Shown piece after piece: positions 9,228 through 22,400 of a stretch of DNA of 64,000 nucleotides. Position 1 is the stretch's first letter; every line of letters begins with the position of its first letter. The translations under genes and the position numbers were made by a program. The DNA comes from an uncultured Bacteroidales bacterium (GTDB taxonomy: Bacteria; Bacteroidota; Bacteroidia; Bacteroidales; WCHB1-69): the NCBI GenBank assembly GCA_900315245.1, contig OMYJ01000006.1, positions 199,572 through 263,571 of the forward strand. Direction: 5' to 3'. Below the pieces are notes generated by a model that saw only the letters and a list, made by a program, of their open reading frames with translations, was not told where the DNA came from and made no database searches.

Positions 9228-9840
9228 TATAATTTGTTACTTTCACTTATTTTTAATGTATAGCTACCTGTTAATAATACACATTTCTCTCTGTAGATCT
9301 TACATTGTCATACACAATTCCTTCCCTTCCCAATCTACCCAATAGTTAGACGCAGCATCTCCCGTTCCCTTAATCATTTGAAGGAAGGTATCCTTCTTGA
9401 ATATGTACAACAACTGGCAACGTTCCTCTATGCTATTGTTTCGATGTTTTCAGGGATAAAACCAACTATTCCTCCACGTTTCGAACATGGAGGCGAATGA
9501 GGGATGGCGTTTTACAAACGCTTGAAATCCAACGTCTTCCGAACCCGGAGGGCTGTTTTGGGATTTCCCCTTGTTTTGCCGACATTTATCGCTGCAAAGC
9601 TACAGAAAATTTTAATTTCTTTCTGCCAAAAAAATCTTAAAATGTTTTGGCATTGGCTTCCACCCAATCGAGTATGAGATGAACACTACTCGGAGGTGGC
9701 CACCTCTTTTCGGTTCGCCCAACATGGAGAAAATTTTGCAATAATCATCTCCATTTCCTCTTTCATCCGATGTTCAATATTAGGCAGATTTTGACAAGTC
9801 CAAAAACACAGCACCAAACAGCTGCCGCTTTGCAAGAGAC

Positions 9841-11034
9841 CTATTCTTTAGATGACGGTTCTGCGTTTTTTTCTTCGTTTAGCTTCTTCTTGGCCGACTT
9901 TTCCTTTGTGACCTTTTCTTCGGTAATATTCCCCTCATTTTGAGCGGGTTCGACTGCATTTCCTCCTTGTGGGATGTTGACCAAATGGTAGCCGCCGTTC
10001 TTCCTACTGCCAGTAAATTCGATTAGTCCCTGCTTTTTGAGTACGGCGATGCAACGTTCGACGGTACTCAACGGAATCTTTGTCTCATCAACAATTTTCC
10101 TTGTATTGCAGTTCGAGTGATTTTCTATATACGAAAGCACCGCTTTGAGTTTCTTGTCAGGAGGTGTTACAGGCTTCCGTTTGATTTTTGGACGAGCCGG
10201 TCTCACAGGGATGTTTTTACCGCTCGCTTTAGCTCTGTACCGCAGAAGACCTTCCACTACCTTTTCGGAAATCTCCTCTTGGTTTTTGGGTTCCAACTTA
10301 AATGCGGTTGGTTGCGCTTCCCAAGGCATTTTCTTCATAATCACGGTATTGTCTTTGCACGTTTTAATGTATCGGAATGGCACCAATTCAGTAGGCGTTA
10401 TGCGAACAAAATCGTCCCCAAACAGCTGCTCAAGATGCTTCATTGAACCAAGACGTGAGTAATTCTTATTTTGTACCAAAATGATATCAGTGAAGTTTCG
10501 TTGTTGATGACAATAGAAAATGTCATCAATATTGACCAAATGTAAGTTGCATTTTTTGTCTGTAACATCAAGCATCCTAATATCTTGATATACAACTTTC
10601 ACCTCTTTTTCCCAAGCTTGCTGGAAATGCTGTCGTTCCCTTATCAGGAATGGAAAGACAATCAGTGCAAGATTGCGCCAAACGGTAATAAGTAGAATCT
10701 TTGAGAAGAAATTAAAGGATCCCACATACTCGACAATTTGAGCATTACACGACATTATTCCATGATAAGCAATGGCTAAATCAATGATACCCGTTAGCAT
10801 AGCAATAAGTACCAACGTCAACCAGTAAGTTTTCGGATGATTTTGATAGACCTTTGGATAAAGCAGAAAGTAATTGACATACAATGATCCTAATAAGACA
10901 ACACCAGAGATGGTCTCTTTGAGAAAACTGCCCGAGAATGGGCGAAGAAATGAATTACGGACAAAGAACCAAAGCGTTACTGCGCAAAACAGGATGTTCA
11001 GCAAAACAATTACAACTGTGTTTAGATGTTTCAT
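9841..11034 (-). CDS. membrane-anchored LytTR-domain regulator with a C-terminal winged HTH
   Basis: The start is taken at the internal 'MKHLNTVVIVLL'. About 5 hydrophobic helices are followed by a LytTR-like 'LHLVNIDDIFYCHQQRNFTDIILVQNKNYSRLGSMKHLEQ...FVRITPTELVPFRYI' and then 'STVERCIAVLKKQGLIEF'. Confidence 0.65.
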   Translation of the reverse strand: MKHLNTVVIVLLNILFCAVTLWFFVRNSFLRPFSGSFLKETISGVVLLGSLYVNYFLLYPKVYQNHPKTYWLTLVLIAMLTGIIDLAIAYHGIMSCNAQIVEYVGSFNFFSKILLITVWRNLALIVFPFLIRERQHFQQAWEKEVKVVYQDIRMLDVTDKKCNLHLVNIDDIFYCHQQRNFTDIILVQNKNYSRLGSMKHLEQLFGDDFVRITPTELVPFRYIKTCKDNTVIMKKMPWEAQPTAFKLEPKNQEEISEKVVEGLLRYRAKASGKNIPVRPARPKIKRKPVTPPDKKLKAVLSYIENHSNCNTRKIVDETKIPLSTVERCIAVLKKQGLIEFTGSRKNGGYHLVNIPQGGNAVEPAQNEGNITEEKVTKEKSAKKKLNEEKNAEPSSKE

Positions 11035-11336
11035 GTTGATATTATTTTGAATACGGCCGCAAAGATATGCAATTATCTGACACAAAACTTCGAAAATCAA
11101 CCAAACCTTCGCGCATATAACATTTCCACCCTCGCACAATTAAAAAAATGTGAGGTTTTATCAACAAATTGATTATCAATACTATACCCACCCTGAGGGT
11201 ATTGAATTTAATATATGGTTCACATTTAAAGAATGAGGGTTCACATTTACGTAGTGAAGGCTTAAATGTTGTTTGTGGAGGTTGTATTTTTGCCATCGAA
11301 AATTAACAGAATTACATGTTTCTAAATCAAAGTAAA

Positions 11337-11837
11337 ATGAAAAAAGTATTGACACTGACACTGCTCGCATTCTTGTTGCTTGGCGCATGCGAGAAAGAGG
11401 AAAACCGAACAGCAACACATTATCAAACACGCAACCGTGTGATAGCACTGCCCAATGATGGAAAAACGGGGAACTCAACATACCTGTTTGCACTGGCTGT
11501 TGGGCATAGCGGTAAAGACTGCAAAGGGTGCATGACAATAGACGGCAAACTTGTCCATATTAATTGTATGGGCTCAGGTGACGATTGTCTGAATACGGCA
11601 TCAGTTCAACTTCAGCAGGTCGGCACCGACGTTACCGCTACCACAACCGATACATTCGATTTGACCTCGGAGGACTTCTTCCTCATGCCGGACCGCTCGC
11701 TGAACTACACGGACGAGAAAGGAAACCGCATCTTCCTGAACATTCCAGGTCAGATGGCCTATCGTGACACCGCCACCCTGCAGTTCACATTCACAGGACT
11801 ATTCTTCAGCGAAACAGCGGCATACAGTAACAATTAG
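11337..11837 (+). CDS. small lipoprotein
   Basis: 'MKKVLTLTLLAFLLLGAC' is a lipoprotein signal with a Cys lipobox. It is the first gene of the plus-strand toxin cluster. Confidence 0.55.
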   Translation: MKKVLTLTLLAFLLLGACEKEENRTATHYQTRNRVIALPNDGKTGNSTYLFALAVGHSGKDCKGCMTIDGKLVHINCMGSGDDCLNTASVQLQQVGTDVTATTTDTFDLTSEDFFLMPDRSLNYTDEKGNRIFLNIPGQMAYRDTATLQFTFTGLFFSETAAYSNN

Positions 11838-11873
11838 ACAACATAGTGCAAATTTAATAAACACAATTACAAT

Positions 11874-13430
11874 ATGAAACGGAAGAACTATTTGATAATC
11901 GGTATGATCATCGGGATTGCTGCAACAGTGCAAGCCCAAATCCAGCATTCCACCGCGTGGCTGCGTGCCGACAGTGTAGTGCTGAATGCATCATCGTGGG
12001 TTGATGTGTCCGGCAACGGATACAATGCCACACCGTCTTCGGGAACAATGCCCGCCGCATTCTCCCGAATGAACTTCAACAAGTGCTTCGAGGTGGGCGG
12101 GGCGGAGACTTTCACCCTTCCGTTGGGAATCAACGACTCCCGGCAGTCGGACATGATTGTGGTCTATGAAACCTACGACACCGCCAACGAGAACGCCTTG
12201 TGGCAGGTGCAGCTCGACACGGCCAAGCGCATCGGGCAGACCACGCAGCGCATCCTCAACGACAACGGGCAGATCACCTACGATACGGCCAACCGTCTGA
12301 AGCCCGTCGTCAACTACCTCGCGCAGTCGTGGCGGACACCCGAGGTGTGCGCCCCCACGCTCTCCCTCTGCACAGCGGACTCGCTGCCGCTGTACGGGCG
12401 TGTCGCCGAGGCCATATACTTCGACCATCGGATCAGCGACACCGCCGTCATCCAGTGGATCAGCTACTTGGCGGTGAAATACGGCGTGACTCTCGCGCAG
12501 ACCGACTATTTGGACAGCCGCCGCAACGTGATATGGGACTACACCGATTATCCCGACTACAGCACCTCCATTGCGGGTCTTGGCAGGGACGACTCGGTGG
12601 GGCTGAATCAAAAACAGACATATTATGCTGACGGTCAAATAATCTGCGGTGTCAACCAATTGGCAAGCACCAACGAGGACAACGCCGCTGCCCTTACAGA
12701 CGGCGACTTCATTGTCTTTGGCATGGAAGGTGTTTTGCCTGCCGTTTCCGAAATCTACACACAGAGCGGCGAGACCTACGAGGTCATCGGGCGCAGCATG
12801 GTGCAGGTGACGGGCAATGCCCACATCTACAACACTTTCATCCTTTTGGACACCGCCGCCATGCAGGACAGCATCGCGCCTGTCCTCCTGATTGACCGCA
12901 GCGGCACGGGAGAGTTTCCCGCAGGGGAGCTGGAGCAGATTCTGTCTGCAGGGACGGACAGCACAGGACATTACATTTATAACAATATACACTGGGACAC
13001 CGACCAAAGCGGGCGCGATTTCTTCTGCTTTGACGTGACGATGCCGGACACCATGGACACACCTAAAGCGGCGGCAATGAACGACACCCAAAGCGGCGGC
13101 ACGGGACAAACCAGCACCGGGCAAAGCGCGGATGCGAGCCAGCAGCAGGCACTGAAGTCCGTACAACTGCGGAGCGGGGAATCCTCTGCTCCGCAGTACC
13201 GCCTGCTGCCCAACCCCAACCATGGGAACTTCACCGTGGAAATTGCATATCCCGAAGCGCAGGATGTCATAGTTACGGTGTACGATGCGGACGGAAAACG
13301 GTTGTTCTGCATGGACGGCAAGGGACAGTGCAACTATCGTTTTGAGGGCACTGTGCCGACAGCAGGACACTACCTCATCGATATTGTCACCCTTTTGGAG
13401 CACAAGACCCTAAAAATGATTGTAAACTAA
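11874..13430 (+). CDS. secreted protein with a T9SS C-terminal sorting domain
   Basis: It has the signal 'IIGMIIGIAATVQAQ'. The C-terminus 'YRLLPNPNHGNFTVEI...VTVYDADGKRL...GHYLIDIV...KTLKMIVN' is a typical Por/T9SS tail. Confidence 0.7.
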   Translation: MKRKNYLIIGMIIGIAATVQAQIQHSTAWLRADSVVLNASSWVDVSGNGYNATPSSGTMPAAFSRMNFNKCFEVGGAETFTLPLGINDSRQSDMIVVYETYDTANENALWQVQLDTAKRIGQTTQRILNDNGQITYDTANRLKPVVNYLAQSWRTPEVCAPTLSLCTADSLPLYGRVAEAIYFDHRISDTAVIQWISYLAVKYGVTLAQTDYLDSRRNVIWDYTDYPDYSTSIAGLGRDDSVGLNQKQTYYADGQIICGVNQLASTNEDNAAALTDGDFIVFGMEGVLPAVSEIYTQSGETYEVIGRSMVQVTGNAHIYNTFILLDTAAMQDSIAPVLLIDRSGTGEFPAGELEQILSAGTDSTGHYIYNNIHWDTDQSGRDFFCFDVTMPDTMDTPKAAAMNDTQSGGTGQTSTGQSADASQQQALKSVQLRSGESSAPQYRLLPNPNHGNFTVEIAYPEAQDVIVTVYDADGKRLFCMDGKGQCNYRFEGTVPTAGHYLIDIVTLLEHKTLKMIVN

Positions 13431-13470
13431 ATACATAGAATACAAACACAAACAAAAAAAACACGGAAAA

Positions 13471-16400
13471 ATGAGACAATACTTACTCGCCGTAATAGCG
13501 GTGCTGGCCGCCATCATCCTTGCCCTGTTTTCCATTGACACGGCAAGCAACCAGCAATCTGCCCGTTCATACAGGGCATATAACTTTAAGTCGGGATTGG
13601 AATCCAGAGCAGGCGACCAAGGTTCAGCTTTGTGGAATGACAATGCTGAAAACGTCAATATTCCTTCGATAACTGAAACAGTCACGGACAATGGATTTTC
13701 CCCATTAACGATAGCAAGTTCCCCACTGAGCACGCCGCCCGCCATGCTGGCAACGAGCGCGATGACGGAGCTCACCCCTGTGCAACTGCCGCCGCTTGAC
13801 GCAGGCATGGTGAACGTGACAGGCGGGTTTGACGGAAACAGCCAGACGGCAGGCTACAGGGTGAATCCCCGCCCTGGAGAGTTCGCCATTGCCGTGCCTT
13901 ACGACCCGTCATTGTTGCCGCAGGGCTTCACCGAGGACGACATACAGACCTACGTTTATGACAGGCAGTACCACCGTTGGGTGGCCATCCAACGCGACTC
14001 CGTGAACGAGGCGGAGCTGCTGGTCTGCTCGCGGTTCAGACCGTGGGAAAAAGGGCTTCCCCACACGCAGAATGATTTGTCCAACCCGCAGGACGCGCTT
14101 TCGCAGGTGCAGGACATGATGTCGTTCGCCTCGCAGGGCGAGGGCGGCGGTGATTCCCCGCTCGATTTCATCAACGCGGTGCTGAAGACACCGGAAATGC
14201 CGGAGACCTCGGCCTACACGCCCACGAGCATCAAGGAGCTGAAGGCCGCCGACCCGTTGGAGGGCCTGACGCTGATGCAGCCACCCACAGCCAACAACAG
14301 CGGCACGGCCAACCTGAGCTACCCCATTGAGATTCCCGCCGGCCGGCAGGGCATGCAACCCAGCCTCGCACTGACCTACAGCAGCGGCGGCGGCAACGGC
14401 TGGCTCGGCGTGGGCTGGGACATCTCCATCCCCTCCATCACTGTGGAAACGCGGTGGGGTGTGCCGAGATACGACCAGAGCAAGGAGAGCGAGGTGTATG
14501 TCTATGAGGGGGAGCAGCTGGTTACCAAAGACGGCAACGGCAACTTCAGGGAGATGCCGCACCGCACCAACCAGTGGACAAGCAGAAGCACCCTCGGTAA
14601 CGAGGAACAATTCTTTCCCCGCAAAAACGAGGCATTCGACAGTATTGTCCGCCATGGAACAGGCCCCGGCAACTATTGGTGGACAGTAACTCACAAAAAT
14701 GGCGTGACAGACTATTACGGGAAATACGCTTCCGACAATGGCGTGAACAACAGCTGCGTGTTGCGTGCCGGAGCCAGTAATTTCACGGGCGCGATTGCTC
14801 AGTGGGCATTGGCAGAAAGTGTTGATCCGTTTGGGAACAGCGTGAGATACCACTATGACATAGAATATCATCGAGGAACAACAGGCAGCTCCAATGACGG
14901 CAAACAGATTTATGTTGACACAATATATTATACAACGAAGGGGAACGACCTTGGCAAGTACAAAGTGGTCTTTACCAGAGAACCGAAAGAGGATGTCATT
15001 GTTTCAGCAAACAGAGGGTTCAAGGAAGTGACCGCCTCAAACCTTTGTAACATTGCGGTCTGCTTCAACAACAGGGCAATCCGCTACTACTTGTTCCTGA
15101 CAGAAAACAATAGGGCGAGTAATTTCAAAACCAGGTTGACAGATGTTGTCCAACTATATAAGACATCCGCTGGGATACTCCCATGCAGTTACTTGAAGGA
15201 ACTCGGTGTCACAGACACCCTTGTCTCTACACACTTCGACTACTACAACTACCCTGAAACGAACCAGTTGTTTGGCGACACCGTATCATTGTCACTTAAT
15301 GACGATGACATCAAATCAACATTCATCACTAGCGGCAGTGCATTAGCCAAAGCCACTGCTTTGGGCGGAACAAGAGGGAAAAGCTGGAATATCGGAGGGA
15401 CCATGACTGTTGGCATAGGCCCCGTGGTACCCTTAACGACAGCCAGTGTTGGTGGCAACTTCAACTATAGCCGTTCCAAGAGCGAGGGTGCGCTCACCCT
15501 CATTGACCTCGATGGGGACGGACTGGCCGACAAGGTCTATAAGAAAGGACATAAACTCTACTTCCGAAAGCATATTGCAGACTCGGAATACCATTTCCAT
15601 TATGATGCCTACGAGCAGGAACTTATGGATTACTCCGACATCCAGAACCCACGGAATCTCTCTGACTTCCTGTCTGAAGTGAGCAGCACCACCACATGGG
15701 GACTACAACTGTCCCTTGGACTGGCATATAGCGGCAGCTGGCCGACCACAAAGTCCACCACATCAGTCTATTTCGCAGATGTGAACGCGGACGGACTTCC
15801 CGACCTTATCACTGACGGCGGCGTGTTGTTCAACGTCACCGAGCAGGATGGCGAAGTGAAATTCCGCAACTACTACACCATTGCTGCTGAAAATATTGGT
15901 ACAGACAACGACAGTGCATTTGTGCATACGACCACGGACACATGTGGAGGGATAATCTTCAGCGGGGCAGTGAGCGATAGCATCGTATGCCAATATGACT
16001 GGTTGTTGGATACAACGCTTTGGCTCAAACCTGTTTACACTCTCTATGACACGGCAGACTTTCTGCAGGTTATTCGCTATGCGGATTCTCTGGAGAACAC
16101 AGGAGAATACAAGTGCGAGTATTATTACTATCGGAACCAGCCCGGACAAATTGAAAGGATAGACATTTATCGGAAAGTGTTGGTATCCTGTTCGGCATTT
16201 CCGACATCGACTTCTGCATCCGACATTCTGGAACGAGACCCCGATCTAGAGGCGGTGAAAGTGTGGGTCTCCCCCGGCTACGGCCAAATAGACATCATTT
16301 CTGACATTCGGCAACGGCAGGACAGTACAACCAGTTTTTTGCAGTCCAAAACACGTGACGGCATGTCTTACGCCATCCAGTTAAACAGGAATGTGTTGGC

Positions 16401-19400
16401 TGCCCCTAACCATAGGCTGTTGCCATCAGCATCCGCCAATATTTCCATACTCGCAAACGGCCAAATAGGCAAAGATGACATTTCCGTACATCACGACAGC
16501 GTCAGAGTGTCTGTGTCACCTGGAGATCTAATCTTTTTCCGGTTCATATCTGGGGATAATCACGACTACGACAATGTCAACTGGAACCAGAGCATACGTT
16601 TTAACAGTGGCCTCGCCAAACCAGTAGTCTATAATTCCGCAGCTGACTACGTGCTTTCCGGGAACAAGAATTTTGGTGCGGGTGCAGCAGGTAGTACTAA
16701 CAAGATAGATATGTCGCTGAAAATCACCACCGGGAATATCGGTTCCACGCCAAACGCGGTACTCTTAGCAATGGTGGTGGACACCAGTGACAGTGTGCTA
16801 ACAAACTGTCTTTGGTCATGTCCTCTACAAAGCGGATGGACGAATCATGAGTGGAATCCCCTTGGGACATCTACAACCACAATGCAGATAGCACAAGGAC
16901 ATCAGGTTAAATTCATGGTCTCCAGTTCCAACCCCTCTTTCCAATGGGAAAAGGTGCGTGTGACACCGCATATCAACTACTATGTTTGGAACAGCAACCA
17001 TTACGATACCGTGGAATGCTATCCGCAGGTGGATATGCTTATCAACAACTACGACGGGACCGTCAGGGATTCTGTCTATCACCGCCTTTTCGGGCCACTG
17101 TACAAAGGCTGGGGACAGTTTGCCTACAACAACAACGACACCGTGAACGGCCATGTCGTACATGACAGCTATATCCACATTGAGAAATTAGTGACAGATT
17201 GGGGTGGGGATATTCAGAACAAGAAAGAAGCCAGAAAAACAAGAAGACGGATGCAGAGGTTCGACATGCCCGACAAGGACAGCACTCATGTGCGGGAAAG
17301 TTCGGACATGGTGGGACTCTACGATGCAGACACGCTTTACAACCCGCTGTCACTGAAGACGAGCTGGGTGGAGATGCAGCCTGACTTCCACCACTACGCA
17401 TGGGTCGGGTATGGAAATGTCAACTACATCACAGACAGCATTATGTGCAACACCCGCATACCAGACTACCATACTGACGAAAACACTTCGGACATAGAGG
17501 ATTACGATCACCCGGTCCCCGTAGTTGCGCAGGGACTGGATGTAAAGACCGTGCGCAAGCAGAACTACTCAAAAATGAAGAACCACTCTCTGAGCCTTTC
17601 CGCTCCAGGCGTTCCCTTCTCCGTGGGAGGTTCCGTGTCGTTGGGTTACAACCAGATTATAACTGATTACATGGATTTGAACGGAGACCGTTATCCTGAC
17701 ATATTGGGATCCTCACAGGTGCAGTATTCCCAGCCTTGGGGCGGAATCGGGGATGTGAAAACAATGGCCATTTTCAGCAATGGGGTCTCCCGGTCGGAGA
17801 CAGCATCAGGCGGCATGAACTTTGGCGGCAGCTTCGAAATGCCCTCAAGGGGTGCTTCCAACAACCCGAAGAACTCCAAAATCAGCTTTGACGGGGCAGG
17901 CAGCATAGGAGCGTCTCATGGTGGCGGAAGCGACACCACTTCCATGACTTGGATGGACATGAACGGGGACGGTCTGCCGGACAAAGTGGTCCGCAAGAAC
18001 GACAAACTTGAGGTTCAAATGAATACGGGATATGGATTCCTGAACATAGACACTTTCGACATCAACAACATCAGAGACGGCAGCAGTGCGAACACAGGGT
18101 TGAACGTTGGCGGAAACTTCAATATCGGACAGGCCAGTATCGGAGGTGGCATAGGAGTCAATTTCTCCAAGAATGAGACAAAGAAAATGCTGATGGATTT
18201 CAACGGTGACGGATTGCAGGACATTGTGGAAGATTTTGGCAATTCAATGAAAGTCAGCTACAATTTGGGGAACGGGCATTGGAGTGCTCCCGAATATGTC
18301 TATGCTGTTCCGGAAATCAGTTTTGGCCGCTCGTTCAGCGAGTCCGCCGATGTCTCCGTCACGGTGGGCTTCACGTTCATGTCCATTGTGAAACTGTGCG
18401 TGGGCATCTCCGGCTCACCCTACAGCCGCACGTTCAGCAAGGACTCCGTCCAGCTGACCGATGTGAACGGGGATGGTTACGTCGATTATGTGACCTCACG
18501 GAATGAAGGCTCCATGACGGTCCATTACAACCAGTCCGGCAAGACCAATTTGTTGCGCAAAGTCACCAATTTCACGGGCAGCACCATCGAACTGGGCTAT
18601 GACATGCCGCTTGCCTGTTTTAACAAGCCCCAACGCAGTTGGAACCTCGCCCGTGTGGAGACCCGCAACAACGACACCCTCTGTCCTGTCGGCGGAAACC
18701 GTACTTTGACTAAATTCCAATATGCTTCTCCTCGTTACAACCGCCATGAACGCATGGACTACGGCTATGGCAAAGTCACAACCTACCAATACGACACGGA
18801 TGGGGGTGACACTCTCTACCGCTTCACCGTGGAGGAGTTCAACAACCGTGAGTTCAACAAGCGAGGTCGCAAGCTGCGCGATTGCGTGTACAACTCCGAC
18901 AGTCTCCCCTACGTGGAACACATCTATGGAGACACTCTCTACGACTATGCCGGGAGCCTTGTGACAGACGGAGGCTGTGCCCGCACGGATGTGTATGTGA
19001 AAAAGGAGGTTGACATCACCAACTGGTACGAAGGGCAACCCTCCCCGCAAATCACTTCCATGACACAGCGCGAATATGACCGCTACCGCAATGTGGAGCG
19101 ATATACCCACTATGGTGACATCACCCATACTGACGAATATTTCAGGGCGGAAATCGAGTATGCGCAGAATATGCCGCACAACATGGTCTCGCTGCCTGTA
19201 CGGATTGAGGTATATGACATCAACGACACGCTGTTGCAGCTACGTTCGGCGGATTACAACCCGTACACCGGCAGAATGACGACACTCCGCCTGCACAACT
19301 TTTCCGATACCGCAAACTATGATTTTGGTTACGATTCATACGGGAATATGAGCGGTGCGGCCATGCCTGCCAATGCCAGAGGACAACGTCTGACGATGAA

Positions 19401-22400
19401 ATACCAGTATGACAATACGGTGCATACATACCCTGTGTGGGTCTTAAATTCCGATTTAGGCTACTATTCCACTGCGGAATACGATTTCCGTTTCGGCAAG
19501 CCGACGAAGACCACGGACATCAACGGAAATGAGATGTGGTACGAGTATGACAGCCTTGGCAGGACGGTGACCGTCACTGCGCCATACGAGCAGGGTGTAG
19601 CACCATACACCATCCGTATGGAATATTTCCCGCATAACTTCAAAAAACTGGATGTGTGGACCAATTGTTCCAATCCCTACTCCTATGCCTGTACTTACCA
19701 CTATGACAAACAACATCCGGGCAACCCCATCCGCACCACTCTCATCACAGACGGTTTGGGCAGGCTGCTGCAGACCAAAAAAGATGCAGAAATCGGTGGG
19801 CAGGAGGTCAGCCTTGTGACTGGAAAAGTGGTTTACGACTGTTTCGGCAGAACGGTGGAACAATATCACCCCTTCACCGAACCCTTGGGAACAGAAACCG
19901 TGTACAACAACACTGTCACAACAGGGACGGGAACTCTGACCGAGTATGACATGATGGACAGACAGACGAGGGTGAAACAACAGCCTTACGGGTATGAGAC
20001 TGTCATGGACTACGGTTTCGACTGGTGGAACGGTAAGACACTTTTCAGAACGGAGACTACGGATGCCAACGGAAACGTCTTCACCGAAATGAAAGGCACA
20101 CTGGGGCAACAGCTTGTCCAGATGCCTTCGACCACCAATGCCACGGAACTCTATTACGACGCTTTGGGACGTCTTACTGAAAGCATGGATGCCGAAGGTA
20201 TCTCCACCTACTATGAATACGACAGGTTGGGACGTATGACGCACCGAACCCATCCTGATGCAGGGGAGGACTGGTACAGCTTTGACCCCGCAGGCAATAC
20301 AGTTTACCACGTGAACGGCAACGGGGACACTGTTCGTTACAAATATTATTTCAATCTTCTCACTGCCATATCTTACCCGAATAATCCCGCCAACAATGTC
20401 CGTTATGTCTATGGTTCACCCACTGCACCCGATAATACAGCGGGCAAGATAGTCCTCCAGGAGGACGCCTCCGGCTGGCAGACATTCAAATATGGGAAAC
20501 TTGGCGAGGTGATTGAAAATATTCGTACTTTTGCGCTTCCTAACGAACCCCGTCCATATACGTTTAAAATGATATTCCGTTACGACAGCTGGAACCGCAT
20601 CGACAGTATGACCTACCCCGACGGGGAGGTGGTGAGCTATGGTTACAACAAGGGCGGAATGCTTGAAAACATACGGGGAAACAAGAACGGGGATTTGAGA
20701 ACGTATGTGGAGAGTATCCGCTATAACAAGTTTGAACTTAAAGAATCTGAGATATACGGCAATGCCACGTGGATGAGTTACGAGTACGATTCCCTGCTGC
20801 GCCTGTCGCACCTTTACAGCTGGGATTCACATGGGGACACCATGCAGAGCATCGGCTACACCTACGACTATGTGGGCAACATCACGGACATCGCCAACTC
20901 CGCCGTTACCTTGCCTAATGGTTTGGGCGGCCGCTACTACAGCCATTACGACTACGACCCGCTGTACCGGCTGACAGGTGCATACGGGGACTGGAACAAC
21001 AACCAGCTGTCGTATAACTTGGGGATGCAGTATTATGGGAACGGGAAAATATGGAGCAAGCAGCTGTACGCGGATGTGCTTGAACAAGGCAACGTCACCG
21101 TCAGGAATTACAACAACCGCTACTACTATGGCTCGTCAACATCGAATACTGTTGCGAGCGTATATGACCAGACTGGCCATGTGTGGCAGAGTTTCAGTTG
21201 GGACATGGCGGGCAACATGGTATATCACCAGGATGCCAACGGTTGCGGACGGACGCTCTGCTGGGACGAAGAGAACTGGCTGATGTCCTTTGCCGACTGC
21301 GAGAACGCGGGATTCTACCAATATGATGCCGGAGGGGAGCGCACCTACAAGCTCACCAGCGACTATGTGTCGCAGAACATCGGTGGCCATTGGCACACCT
21401 ACCAGGTGTTGGACAACCCCACGCTCTACACCTCACCTTATATGGTGGCCACTCCTAAAGGCTACACCAAGCACTACTATGCTGAAAGCGTGCGCGTGGC
21501 CAGCCGCATCGGCGGAGGCCTCGACTCTGTTGACATGTTCATCCGTAATATCGAAGAATTTATAGACAAGCCCATGGTGGAGATTTCCCCGTTATGGACA
21601 GACGATTACCACGAGGAATTTTTTGATGAAAAACGCGACCATAATCTGGACCACCTTTATCATGCGATGGAATGCACAGGAAATGTTCCCTCCGTTGTCT
21701 ATGAATGTCTGATTATTCTCCACAAATATAGCGACTACCCTCACCACGAGTATGAGCCCGATTGCTACTGGTACCACCCCGACCATCTTGGCAGTTCCTC
21801 CTGGATAACCTTCTCTGACGGTAAGGCCGTCCAGCATTTGCATTACCTCCCGTGGGGCGAGGATTTTGTGGACCAACGGACGAGCTCTTTCAGCTCAATG
21901 TACACATTTTCCGCAAAGGAGAAAGATACAGAAACTGGCTATTCCTACTTTGGCTCACGCTACTACAATTCAGACTTAAGCATTTGGTTGAGCGTGGATC
22001 CGATGGCAGCGAAATATCCTTCGTTGAGCCCGTATGTGTATTGCGCGGATAACCCTGTGAAGTTGGTGGACCCGAATGGGGAGGAAGTAAACCCTATTTT
22101 CAGTACTTGTGGTGAATTGTTAGGTACAGATAGCAAAGGGTGGAAAGGAACAGCTATAGTGATGGAAAAAAGAGATTTTAAAAATGGAATGAAACATGAG
22201 GATGCAATGGAAAAAGGGACTGAATTAGATAAATATGGGAAAGGCATTAATATTTCAGATTCTGACTGGGAAAAAGTTAAAGCAAATGGTGGAGAAAGGA
22301 TGTCGCCAACAGTGGAAAATCATAGCAACGAAGATGTTTACTTTAAACCAGAAACCGATATTGGAGACTGGAATAGTAATGATGCATATAAAATAGAAGC

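Noticed and set aside
11042-11538. 84-aa and 118-aa minus-strand ORFs between the LytTR gene and the lipoprotein gene.
   Set aside because: They lie in the divergent promoter region and overlap the better-supported lipoprotein gene on the other strand.
11991-13403. 470-aa ORF antisense to the T9SS-tailed protein gene. Similar long antisense ORFs lie at 13909-14871, 18496-19179 and 19456-20310 inside the RHS gene.
   Set aside because: These are shadow ORFs typical of G+C-rich coding regions. Their translations are Arg/Gly/His-rich low-complexity sequence with no motifs, whereas the sense strand has clear domain signatures.
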